Assembly: GCA_030390025.1 (NCBI GenBank)
Contig: CM059432.1
Coordinates: forward strand, 46,564,001 to 46,628,000
Direction of reading: 5' to 3'
Source: Squalus acanthias
Lineage: Eukaryota
Length of the DNA: 64,000 nucleotides
Shown here: piece after piece, positions 48,828 through 60,186 of the stretch
How positions within the stretch are numbered: the stretch's first letter is position 1
Layout: each line of letters starts with the position of its first letter
Notes under the pieces: model-generated
Database searches by the model: none
What the model was told of the DNA's origin: nothing
Seen by the model: only the letters and a program-made list of their open reading frames with translations
Made by a program: the position numbers and the translations under genes

Positions 48828-50256
48828 TCACTGGAAACGAAGTCTGATGAGGTGGTTGACGTAAGAAAACTACTAGGCACTTGGTCTAAATGTTAAACAA
48901 AGCTTTAATCAACTGTTTTTCAACATGGAGATCTAGTTGTGTCCTTCACTAGTTCCTGTTAAGGAAGGTCCTGAGTAAGCTGGGCCCATGCCCGAGTATT
49001 TATACTCTCCCTGGACAGCGCCACCAGCAGGCTGCCCAGTATTACTTCATAAGTCATTTCCACATGAATGACAAGATTCATGTCAGCGGTCAATGACCGA
49101 CCTTGCAGAACGCCAATTGAGTGGTTACCTCCTCCTTCGCTGCTGTTCGTCCTCCTGTTCCTCCTGCTCCTCTTCTTCCACCTCCAACTCATCCTCCTGC
49201 TCCTCCTCTTCCTCCTCCTGAGGTGGTGCGGCTATGCCCGGTGGCAATGGCTGTGCCCTCATAATAGCCAAGTTGTGCAGCATGCAGCAGACGATGACGA
49301 AAAGGGACACCCGCTCAGCCGAGTACTGGAGGGCTCCTCCCGAGCGGTCAAGGCAGCAGAACCGTTGCTTGAGCACTCCGATGGTCTGCTCAATGATGTT
49401 CCTGGTGGCAGCATGGCTCTCATTATATGAGTGTTGGGCACGAGTGTTGGGGTTGCGGAGGGGAGTCATGAGCCAGGTGAAGAGTGGATAGCCCTTGTCT
49501 CCCAGCAGCCAGCCGCAAGCTTCATGTGGAGGCTGAAACAGATCTGGCACATCGGTCTGGCGCAGGATTAAGGCATTGTGGCTGCTGCTAGGATAGTGGG
49601 CATTGACGGTCAGGATTCGCCATGTGTGGTCGCGTCGCACACTAACTGCACATTAAGTGAGTGGTAGCCTTTGTGGTTACAGAATACCTCAGGATTGTTA
49701 TGAAGTGCCCGCAAAGCGACATGGGTGCAGACAATGATTCGCTGCACCAATGGGAAGCCCACTATCCTGGCAAAGTCACATGCACGCTCACGCTGCTTCT
49801 CTCTGGTCATGGGGAAGGAAATGTAGTCCCTTCTCCTTCTGTACAGAGCATCTGTGACCTGGCGTGTGGAGCAATGGACGGCAAACTGGGAGATGTTGGA
49901 GATGTCGCCTGTCGCACACTGGAATGATCCGCTGGCGTAGAAATTGAGGGCGACGGTGACCTTGACTGCCACTGAGAGAGCTGTGGTGGTCCTGATCTCA
50001 GGCTCGAGATCTGCCTGCAGGAGGTGGCAGAGATCTGTGACCACGTCCTTGCTGAAGCAGAGCCTTCTAACATACTGGTCCTCAGTGAAGTTCATGTAGG
50101 AGAACTGCTGCCGGAATACCCTGGGTGGGTAAGGCCTCCTGTTGAGAGCCCTGTTGGCCCTCCTACCTCTGGCCACATTTGCACTCTTTCTCTGTGCCTC
50201 AGTTGCCTCCGACATTGACGTTGGAGGGCGAGGTCCAGTGCCAGTACAGCCCCCAT
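48828..50256 (-). pseudogene. Harbinger DDE transposase (HARBI1-related), disrupted
   Basis: VALNFYASGSFQ, NHKGYHSLNVQLVCD, WLLGDKGYP, NIIEQTIGVLKQRF, CCMLHN, acidic tail, C-terminal HLIRLRFQ*. Frameshifts, a premature stop and an LTR insertion. Confidence 0.92.
48857..49085 (-). mobile_element. Small solo LTR (229 bp) inside the transposase 3' end
   Basis: TGAC...GTCA inverted termini; 5-bp TSD GTGGT/GCGGT; minus-strand TATAAATA and ATTAAA. Confidence 0.8.
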
Positions 50257-51501
50257 GAGCGGATACAAATATTGCATTTTTAATCTCCCCTCAATGAAAC
50301 TCAATAATCTTTATGTGCCAGAACACTCGTTGAAATTAAAAACGTACAAATCGGTCAAAAGGAATCTTTGCCAATGTGAAATTAACAACGCAGCATTGTT
50401 GGCCGATTGAAACCTACACCGAAAGTAGACGTCTTTAAATAGCGCTCCTCCAGCGGACATCCGACTGTAAGCCGCCTCCTCTACCTGTCGTTGTTAACGG
50501 CAGGCGCACAAGCAGGGGACGAGAGAGAATTTTTCATCCGGGGAGCTGCGCACGCCAATGACGTCATGATCTCCGGGCGCAGGAGATCGGGGCGCAACGT
50601 CTTATCGCCATCGCAAAACTACCGCCGAATTTAGCGGGAGACGTTGAAATCGCCCCGCCCGGTCTCAAACCCATTTGTGCCCCGTTTACACCCCTGGAGG
50701 CGCTAAAGGGAGGCGCAAAGGAGCCCAATTTCTAGCCTATCATTTAACTGTAAATAATTTTAGAATTTGGCTCCTAATAGCTTACGAAAATGTAATTCTT
50801 GTAGTAATAGCTTATTGGAGTGCCATTACAAGGAGAGGAGACCTGCATTCTCAGCGTCGTATCAGTCAATATAGAAGCATAGGTTTTATATCAGTTGATG
50901 AATGCTTAAGGCTATTTGCAGCGGAAGTAGAAATTAAGACTGAATGTATAATTTAATAGGATCCATATCAGGACCAAAAAAGTAAAATCGTGGCTTGAAG
51001 GATTAGAAATGAGCTGACCACTGACCTATATGCCTCTCTGAAATACCAGATTATCTTTATCTTTTGGAGGCCAATATCTAACTGAGTTATATATTGTGCT
51101 TCAGGCTTCCACTGATCAAAAACTTATTTGAACCAAGTCAGGCACTATATCAAAAAATAATAGCTAGGAGAAGCCTGGGCAGCACAATGTTTCATGCAGT
51201 AGAGTTCCAATACCCTGCACCATGGTGGGGTTGAATTTTTGAGCTTAAAGCTTTGATTCTGCACACAGTTGAAAACGTTTTCAGTTTTTTGTTCAGTATC
51301 CCTGTTTTCTGGTTTTATTAACACTAACGCTCTCCCATGTGAAATTCCATCTTTTATTGCTGTCAGTAATCTTTCAACAGTGAAGTTGCCAACAGGGTGA
51401 ATGCCGTGTCCCTAATGCCTCCGACTGCAGATGAGATCGCATCCAACAGGTATAAATGACAAATTGTTCAAAGGATATGAATTACATCTGCTGCTATTCA
51501 C

Positions 51502-52240
51502 ATTTGGATTTTGATACTGGGGCGGTTTGGGGTTGTGTCATCCGCATTTCGTGTTATCCACCCGCCTGCAATTGGATGTGGGAGATTGATGCAGTTTTCA
51601 CTTAATTAGGCAATTGAGTTCCAGTATGTGGGAACCCATGAACCAATTAGTGGTTTAAGTCTGAAAGTCGCCTCTGATGATGTCATCATTGCAGGTCAGA
51701 GACTGCCTGGTCTCAGAGATTGCCTGGCCTTTGCTGTGAGAGGACCTGGATGCAAAATGAGCAGCATCTCAGAGAGAGAGAGAGAGGAGAGAGAGAATTT
51801 TTTTTGCAACCAAGTCCTCCCAGGCAGTCTCTGAAGACATTCAATGCAGCAGCGTCAGAGGCGACTTTCAGACCTAAAACTACTACTACCTTCCTCCGTT
51901 GTAATAGTGGACCTGCAGCTGATAGTCAGCTATCCACTTGTGCTCCCGCCAGGTTTCACTGGCGTGTTTCACATCAGGCGTACTTCACGTCGGAAAAGGG
52001 TTAAACTAGCTAAAATGTTTCAAAATGGCATTACAGAGCCAATTTAGGGCTTGTTAACGGGCTTTAATAGCCTCTCCCGCCTCTTGGAGGCGGGACGGAG
52101 TCGGGAACCCCGTGACCGATTTTGTCAACATTGCGTGGAGGCGGAATGGAGTCGGGATGGGGTCGGGACCCCCGAATCTGCAACTTTAACCCCCCACACG
52201 CCTCCAAACCCGACTCCACGGGTCATTGAAAATCCAGCCC
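51502..52240. mobile_element. Non-autonomous Harbinger-type element, copy 1
   Basis: Collinear with 52402-53111; right TIR AAAATCCAGCCC; left end eroded. Confidence 0.8.
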
Positions 52241-53460
52241 ATAGAGTCATAACGGCACAGAAGGAAGCCATTCAGGCCCATCGAGTCCGCGCCGGCTTTC
52301 TGCAGAGCAATCCAGTCAGTCCAATTCCCCCGCTCTATCCCTGTAGCCCTGCAAGTTTATTTCCCTCAAGTGCCTATCCAGCCTCCCCTTGAAAACATTG
52401 AGGGCTGGATTTTGATACTGGGGCGGGCTGGGGTCATGTTATCCACTTTTCATGTTATCCACCCGACTGCAATTGGATGTGGGAGATTGATGCGATTTTC
52501 ACCTAATTGGACAATTGAGTTCCAGCATCTGGGAACCCATGACCCAATTAGTGTTTTCAGTCTAAAAGTCACCTCTGATGATGTCATCATTGCTGCTGCA
52601 TTGAAGGTCTGCAAAGACTGCCTGGCCTTTGCTGTGAGAGGACCTGAAGGCAAAATGAGCAGCAGCAGCCCTAAGTGTCCTCCCAGATATTTTTGTACCA
52701 CCACCACTCCCAGATATTCCTCCTCCTCCATCTCCATCTCCATCTCCATCATCATCTCCATCTCCATCATCATCTCCATCTCCATCATAGTGGACCTGCA
52801 GCTGATAGTCAGCTTTCGAAATGTGTTACCACCAGGTTTCACATTTGTGGTTCCGAACAGGCGTGCTTCACGTAGAAAAAGGGTTACAATCACAAAGGCC
52901 TTTCAAAATGGCATTATAGAGGCAATTTAGTGCTTGTTAAGGGCCTTAACAGCCTATCCCGCCTCTTAGAGGCAGGACAGAGTCGGGACCAGCAGACACG
53001 ATTTAATGAAAATTGCGTGGAGGCGGGCTTGTGCCCGCCCGCCAGTTTTCGCAATTTTAACCCCCCACATGCCTCCAAACCCACCTCCACGGGTCAATGA
53101 AAATTCTGCCCTGAGTGTGTCCGCTTCCACTACTTCCGTCGGCAGCGAGTTCCAGGTCCTCACCACTTGCTGCGTAAAAAAGTTTTTCCTCACGACCCCC
53201 CTGTATCTCTTGCCCAAAACCTTAAATCTGTGTCCCCTAGTCCTTGTACCATCAACTAGTGGGAACAGCCTTTCCCCATCTAGCCTATCCAAACCCGTCA
53301 TAATCTTGTAAACCTCCATCAAATCACCCCTCAACCTCCTTTGCTCTAATGAAAACAAATCCAGCTTCTCCAACCTGTCCTTGTAGCTAAGATCCCCCAT
53401 CCCCGAACCATTCTGGTAAAGCTCCTCTGCACCCTATCAAGGGCCTTCACATCTTTCCAT
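52241..53460 (-). mobile_element. CR1 3' fragment split by 52402-53111
   Basis: LSYKDRLEKLDLFSLEQRRLRGDL...WNSLP in ORF 52966-53400; 3' UTR at 52241-52400. Confidence 0.88.
52402..53111. mobile_element. Non-autonomous Harbinger-type element, copy 2 (710 bp)
   Basis: TIRs GGGCTGGATTTT / AAAATTCTGCCC; perfect TSD TGA; internal (CATCTC)n microsatellite at about 52729-52788. Confidence 0.87.
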
Positions 53461-53971
53461 TATGGGGGGTAATTTTGACTTTGGGTGCTAGAGTAAAATG
53501 GCCGCCTGTTTTTCATTTCCATTGACTTCAATGCAGACAATATGGACTTAACTACATTTGAGGCGGAGAAGCCACCAAGCAGGAAATAATATAGGGATTT
53601 TTATGAAAGGGTCTGCTATTCATTAACTTCATATCTGAAGCATATCGGCATCCAGCTAACCTGCACGCACTGTTCAATAAAAAGCAATTGGTGCATCAGT
53701 ATGTTAATTACATGACAACTATAACTTGCATTGAACTGTGTGTAAACTGCTCTGATCTGGACTGTTCACAACCTCCCTAAGCTCCTCCCCTCCGTCTCCT
53801 CCTTTAAGACCCCCATAAAACCCAACTCTTTGAGCAGGACTTAGGCCACCTTTTTTAATATCTCCTTTGGCGTGGCATAGATTTTTTTTCCCTTCTTCTG
53901 TGAAAATGCCTTCAGACATTTTACTACAGTACATCAGAGGTGTCATATAAATATGAGTTGATGTTTAACAC

Positions 53972-54150
53972 TAGGAGAGAATTTCCATTGGGTTCTCACA
54001 ATCTCTTACCGTGACTGCTGCAGAAGATTGGTGAAAATCCTGGAGAAACATCATTAATGGCCGTTTTTCGACATTTACGCCATTTCTCTGGGGTTCCACC
54101 AAAGTTACGGCAGTAGACTGAGGGGACCCACACGTGAAAAATCCTAGGAT
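53972..54150. mobile_element. Short quasi-palindromic MITE (degenerate)
   Basis: GAGAATTTCCATTGGGTTCTC ... GGAGAAA / TTTCTCTGGGG arms, as in 3972-4148 and 63618-63764. Confidence 0.5.
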
Positions 54151-54257
54151 ATTTACCAATATCAGGCAACATTTACCCAAACCAGAAACCTTGACTACCA
54201 CAGTTTAGAAATGCGTACTGGAAAAAAAATTACAGGGAATATTGGTCGAGAGAGGAA

Positions 54258-55565
54258 AAAAGAAAGACTTACATTTATATAGCATCTTTCACGACCACCA
54301 GAAGTCTCAAAGCACTTCACAGCCAATGAAGTACTTTTTTAGAGTGTAGTCACTGGTGCACGAAACTCAAAAGGTTAGTATGCAGGTGCAGCAAGTGATT
54401 AAGAAGGCAAATGGAATGTTGGCTTTCATTGCTAGGGGGGATAGAATATAAAAATAGGGAGGTATTGCTTCAGTTGTACAAGGTATTGGTGAGACCGCAC
54501 CTGGAATACTGCATACAGTTTTGGTGTCCTTACTTAAGGAAAGACATCCTTGCTCTCGAGGCAGTGCAAAAAAGGTTCACTCGGTTAATCCCGGGGGATG
54601 AGGGGGCGGTCATATGAGGAGAGGTTGGGTAGATTGGGACTCTACTCATTGGAGTTCAGAAGAATGAGAGGCGATCTTATTGAAACATATAAGATTGTGA
54701 AGGGGTTGGATCGGGTGGATGCGGGGAGGATGTTCCCGATGACGGGTGAGACGAGAACTAGGGGACATAGTCTTAGAATAAGGGGCTGCTCTTTCAAAAC
54801 TGAGATGAGGAGGAACTACTTCACTCAGAGGGTGGTAGGTCCATGGAATATGCTGCCACAAAAAGCTGTAGAAGCTACAACATTAATTAAATTTAAAACA
54901 GAAATAGACAGTTTCCTAGAAGTAAAGGGCATTAAGGGTTACGGGGAGCGGGCAGGAATTTGGACATGAGTCTAGGTTCGGATCGGTCATGGCCCTGTGG
55001 TTAGTGGAGCGGGCCCAGGGACTGTGTAGCCTGATTCTGCTCCTATTTCGTGTGTGCAATTCTGTTAGATGCAGGAGATGGTTCTGTGATAGATTGTAGA
55101 TTGGCGGTTAGGATCAGATCAGCCATGATCTTATTGAATGGCGGAGCAGGCTCGAGGGGCCGATTGGCCTACTCCTGCTCCTATTTCTTATGTTCTTATG
55201 TTCTTAAATGCGGCAGCCAATTTGCACACAGCAAGCTCCCACAAACAGCCATAAGATAATGACCAGATAATCTGTTTTAGTGATGTTGATTGAGGGATAA
55301 ATATTTGCCAGGACACCGGGGATAACTCCCCTGCTCTTCTTCGAAATAGTGCCATGGGATCTTTTACGTTCACCCATGCACTCAGACGGGGCCTTGGTTT
55401 AACGTCTCATCCGAACGATGGCACCTCCATCAGTGCAGCACTCCCTCAGCACTGCACTGAAGCTTCAGCTTAGCTTTATGTGCTCAAGTCCCTGGAGTGG
55501 GACTATGAACCCACAACCTTCTGACTCAGAGGCAATGTGTGCTACCCACTGAGCCACAGCTGACA
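54258..55565 (-). mobile_element. SacSINE1/Deu-domain-like SINE split by a CR1 (pieces 54258-54355 and 55205-55565)
   Basis: Minus-strand head TGTCAGCTGTGGCTCAGTGGGTAGCAC...GGGTTCATAGTCCCAC; Deu-like GTGCTGCACTGATGGAGGTGCCATCGTTCGGATGAGACGTTAAACC; L2-like tail at 54258-54355. Confidence 0.8.
54356..55204 (+). mobile_element. CR1 3' fragment with a duplicated 3' UTR
   Basis: ORFs 54411-54969 are the CR1 C-terminus; a diverged UTR copy precedes the canonical UTR and TTCTTATG tail. Confidence 0.9.
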
Positions 55566-55571
55566 CTCTAG

Positions 55572-57085
55572 TGACACGGAGGTGGTGAGGTAGAGCTGGG
55601 TGCCATCATTGTACATGTGGAAACTTATGCTGTGTTTTCAGATGATGTCGCCGAGGGGCAGCATGTAGATGAGAAATAGGAGGGGGCCAAGGATAGATCC
55701 TCAGGGTCTCCAGAGGTAACGGTGTGGGAGCTGGAAGAGAAGCCATTGCAGGTGATTCTCTGGCTACGATTAGATAGTTAAGAATAGAGTGCAGTCCCAC
55801 CTAGCTGGACGACGGTGGAGAAGCGTTGGAGGAGGATGCAGTGGTTAACCGTGTCAGAGGCTGCAGGCAGGTCCAGAAGGACAAGTAGGGATAGTTTACC
55901 TTTGTCACAGTCATATAGGATGTCATTTGTGACTTTGATGAGAGCCATTTTGGTATTGTGGCAGGGGCTGAAACCTGATTGGAGAGATTCAAATATGGAG
56001 TTCCAGGAAAGATGGGCACGGATTTGGAGGTGACAACACATTCAAGACTTTGGAGAGGAAAGGGAGGTTGGAGATGGAGCGGTATTTGCAAGGACAGAGG
56101 GATCATGGGTGTTTTTTTAGGAGAGGGGTGTTGATTGCCTGATTTGAAGGAGAGGGGGACAGTACCTGAGGAGAGAGAACCGATAACAATGTCAGCTAAC
56201 ATGGGAGCCAGGACAGGAAGTTGGGTGGTGGGCAGTTTAGTGAGAATAGGGTCGAGGGAGCAGGAAGTGGGTCTCATGGACAAGATGAGCTCAGAGAGGG
56301 CATGAGGGGAGATCGGGGAGAAAGATGCGCGTTCAGTGCTAGGGCAGGAGGGAACCTTAGAGGAAGTTTGGCCCGGTGGGCATGGGGAAGGGAGGGAAGT
56401 GGCAGAGGCAGTCAATCTTAGTGACAAATAAGTCCATGAGCTCCTCCCACTTGTTGTTGGAGGTGAGGGGCGAGGCGACAGGGGAGAGGGGTTTAAGAAG
56501 ACAGTTTGCAGTAGACAAAAGAAGCCAGGGGTTATCTTTTCATTCCAGCATGATCCTGGAATAATGAGCAGTTTTGTTAGACGAGAGCAGGACCCGATAA
56601 TGCTTTCTGTGATCCAGCCAGAACTGGCAGTGAATGGCTAAACCAGTTGTTTGTCATATCCGTTTATGTCTGCGTCCCTTGGACTTAAGGGAGTGGAGAT
56701 GAGGGCCGTACCAGGAGGAGTGGCCAGTGAGAGAGTGAGTAATGGTTTTAATGGGGACTAGGGCATCAAAGGTGGTGGTGAGGATGTGGTTGAGCAGATC
56801 GGTAGCTGCAGAAATGTTGTGGTGAATGGAGGGCTAAACGCTGGACAGTTGTGATTTTGAAAGTGCAGTTGTAAGTAAATTGGGAGAGAGTTTTTTCCAG
56901 GGGCAGACACAGAAGGAAGTAGGGTTGGGATGGGGAAGGGGGGTGTGGGTAGAGAGCGATACAAGGAAGTGATCAGAGATGGCCTTATCTGCGATTGACA
57001 CGATGGGAGTAGCGAGGCCACGAGAGATGGCAAGGTCAAGGAGATGGCTGTGAATATGGGTTGGTGAGTTTACATGGATGGAGAC
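55572..57085 (-). mobile_element. L2 LINE EN/RT fragment
   Basis: HVNSPTH...LDLAISRG, ISDHFLV, PTSCSLDPI, LQSGF, ALIKVTNDIL and LVLLDL in minus-strand ORFs. Confidence 0.9.
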
Positions 57086-57689
57086 ATGTTTGATCTCTGC
57101 CAGATTGCAACTCATCACTTCCTTGACTAGACTGGTGCGTATGAAAAGGGGCAATAATTATTCACCAAAAAAATAAGTAGCAAATTCAGAAATGTTATCG
57201 CTTCAGGGCTGGATTTTAAGACGCTCTGATTGTTAGTACTTTGAAAGTATGCAATTAGCTGTGGGATTTACAATAATGTCAGTAAAACATACTCCATCAA
57301 TTGTTCATTGAGTGTGAGAATTGAGATAATTTTTCAAATTAATTATGTATTTAGGACTATTAAATGTTCTCATTTTCTATGAGCTGCGATGTTTAATTAC
57401 AGCCCCGATTTCGATAGGCTCTGTTGGCAGCATGGAGCCTTACTATCGGTGAGTGCAGGCTGTGAAATTGGATGCACTGTGCGCCACATTTTGTGGTAAA
57501 GTAAATTACCAGGTTTGATCTACAGTACTGTGCCAACCTCATTACACTTGTTACATTGATTTAAATAGGTTCCATGCGAGTGATGATGTTGTTTTTCTTG
57601 ACTTCCTCTCTGTAGCACTGCTCACCCATATAAAATGGTTGCTTGAGTCATTGCCTGGCCAGGCCTGTAAAGATTATAAACAAAAAGCA

Positions 57690-58625
57690 AAGGAAAAAAA
57701 TCACTGACACTGGAAATCTGAAACATAAACAGAAACATCTGGAAACACCGAGCAGGTCAGTCCGCATCTGTAGAGAGAAGAGACAACTTAGTAATAGGAA
57801 TGTGCTATCGGCCACTAAATAATCAAAGGGATGCTGATTCAGTTTGTGGGTGATAATAAAACAGATGAGTGTCAAGTTCTCAGCAATGGGGAATTTCAAT
57901 CTTCTTCATATTAACGGGAGTGCACAAAGGGGAAAGTCTGCAAGCAAGCAGAAATGTATTGAAATTGTGAGGGACTCATTTCTAAAACATTATAGTAAGG
58001 CATCCATATAAATAACATAAATCTAGAGAGGTAATTTCAAAACTGTATGTGGCCCTGATGAGACCACATCTGGATTACTGTGTGCAGTTTTGATCTGCCT
58101 ATTTCAAAAGGATTTTCAGTTATTGGAGGGGATACAGTGAAGGGTTACATGGTTGATCCCAGAATTTAAGAGATTGATGTATGAGGAAAGATTGACTACC
58201 TAGGGTCTTTTCTCTCTTGAAAACAGAAGACTGAGAGGAGATATGATAGAAGTGTTTAAAATTATGAAAGGTTTAGACAAATTGGATCCAATTAAGCATG
58301 TGTACAGAATTTAAGCATAAGGGGTCATATTTAAGGACAACAAAAGAAAATAGAAAATGCAGGAGGAACCTTTTTACTAAAAGGGTGGTGAGTAAGTGGA
58401 ACAGATTACTGTCACGGCTGATGGAACAAGTAACCGTAATAGGTTTCAAGAAGGAATTCGACAGGTTCTTGTCAACAAATGGGATTCAAAATTATTAAAA
58501 ATGCATCAAGAAAATATTGTCGATTGGTGGACTAGATGGACTGAAGATTATCTCCAGCCTAAAACTACTATGTTACTAGGTAACTTAATGTTTCAGGTGT
58601 AGACCCTTTGTTAGAACTGAAAGCT
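57690..58625 (-). mobile_element. Penelope-like terminal remnant split by an old plus-strand CR1 (57791-58581)
   Basis: CTGGAAATCTGAAACATAAACAGAAA...CATCTGTAGAGAG resumes as ATGTTTCAGGTGTAGACCCTTTGTTAGAACTG; AACTTA is duplicated at 57785 and 58582; the insert has CR1 motifs (GAGACCACATCTGGATTACTGTGTGCAGTTTT). Confidence 0.68.
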
Positions 58626-58910
58626 GTCTATCAGTTTTGGTTGCAACGTACAATTTTTTACAGTAAGAATATACATTGCTGTATATTTTCTTCTATGCAT
58701 TGATTTCTGTTGCTGTGGAGGGCATTTTTTTCCTCATTGTATGACTTTTAAGTTACCAATTCATTTTGTTTTCAGCAAACAAAGTGGCCAAGGTGCAAAT
58801 TCCTCCAGGGGTCCCAAAAGCACTGCACAATTCAGATGAGGAAGATGTTATGCTGAGGGGACAGGAAAGGCGGATACGATTGCGCCTTATGTGTTGTACA
58901 TGCTCTCATT

Positions 58911-59335
58911 GGGCAACACGGTGACATAGTGGTTAGCACTGGTGCCTCACAGCGCCAGGGACCCGGGTTCGAATCTGACCTCGGGTGACTGTCTGTGTGG
59001 AGTTTGCACATTCTCCCCGTGTCTGCGTGGGTTTCCTCCGGGTGCTCCGGTTTCCTCCCACAGTCCAAAAATGTGCGGGTTAGGTTGATTTGGCTATGAT
59101 AAATTGACCCTTAGTGTTAGGGGGGATTAAATATGTGGGGTTATGGGGATAGGATGGGATATGTTAGGGGGAAATGGGTTACGGGGGTAGGGTGGGATAT
59201 GTGTACTGTGGGGATTAAAGCAGGGACAGGGTACTGGATTTGGATGATCAGCCATGATCGTATTGAATGGTGGAGCAGACTCGACGGGCCGAATGGCCTA
59301 CTCCTGCTCCTAGATTCTATGTTTCTATGTTTCTA
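58911..59335 (+). mobile_element. HE1-like (V-SINE) SINE
   Basis: Nearly identical to 35790-36220; A and B boxes, V-domain and CR1-derived tail. Confidence 0.92.
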
Positions 59336-59339
59336 TTCA

Positions 59340-59590
59340 TAGAGCAAGACCTGTATTTACAGACACAGATAATCGTATCTGAGGATTTCAGAGGAAACCT
59401 TCACTTCACAAGGAAGGCTGTCACAGAAATGTGCCATCCCCTCCAGGCTGACCTGCGGACAACTTCTATCAAAGGGATAGCCCTTCCTGTGGCTGTAAAG
59501 CTCACCATTGCATTGAACTTCTATGCCAGTGGATTCTTCCAAGTCACTGCAGGGGATATATGCCAAATCAGCTGGTCCGCTGTCTATGTA
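59340..59590 (+). pseudogene. Harbinger transposase N-terminal fragment
   Basis: LHFTRKAVTEMCHPLQADL...ALPVAVKLTIALNFYASGFFQVTAGDICQIS aligns with ORF 49610-50215. Confidence 0.85.
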
Positions 59591-60186
59591 AGCTAGGAGC
59601 TGGGCTGAATCAGATTAGCAAATGCAATGGCTGACAGGTAGGCGATGCCCACTGCTCAAAGGTTCAGTCAGTTCTCACGCTAAAAGAGAACGCCTTTGTG
59701 ACTGGTAACGGCACGGGACCTATGGACAGGACTTTGGAGCTAACTCCTATGAATAGCTGTGAACGTTCACTCCTGCTCTGCTGTAGTCACGTTCCCTGGC
59801 TTACTTTGGTGAGAATTCCAACTTGGCTTTAGAGGATCGGGCACAATGTGTGTAAATATTGCACCCAATGGAAAACACACCAGATAGCAATAGTCGCACT
59901 ATCAAGCACTTGCTTGGTACTAATAAGCGATGAATGCTAAACTAACACCAGACCATTAGAGTTAATGCCTGAAATTTCCATGGAGGTTCTCCTGATGTCC
60001 CACTGTAATTTCAGCAGAAGATCAATAGAAACCATGGAGAAACAGCGTAACTGGCAATTAATTTTCTGGTTTTTCTTCCCTTTTAATGAAGAAATTAATG
60101 GGTCACAGCAAAAGAAAACATGCCCACTTATCCTCCTAAGCCAAAGCATTTCTTTTCTTGAATGTCTTAAGTGATTTACTGAGTTG

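Larger units (their letters stand above)
46436..50738. mobile_element. Full-length (4303 bp) PIF/Harbinger DNA transposon, inactivated
   Basis: Imperfect TIRs GGGGGTGAAATTGGG / CCCAATTTCTAGCCT; perfect TSD ATC; convergent Myb/SANT (+) and DDE transposase (-) genes. Confidence 0.92.

Noticed and set aside
49125..50215. Host HARBI1 gene
   Set aside because: Frameshifted, lacking conserved aspartates, and enclosed by TIRs and a TSD with a Myb partner; it is a transposon copy.
52370..52930. ORFs with ISISII / MEMEMM / HLHHH repeats
   Set aside because: Translation artefacts of the (CATCTC)n microsatellite inside a non-autonomous element.
58911..58985. tRNA gene (A and B boxes), also at 36145-36220
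   Set aside because: Continues into the V-domain and CR1 tail with no oligo-T terminator; it is a SINE head.
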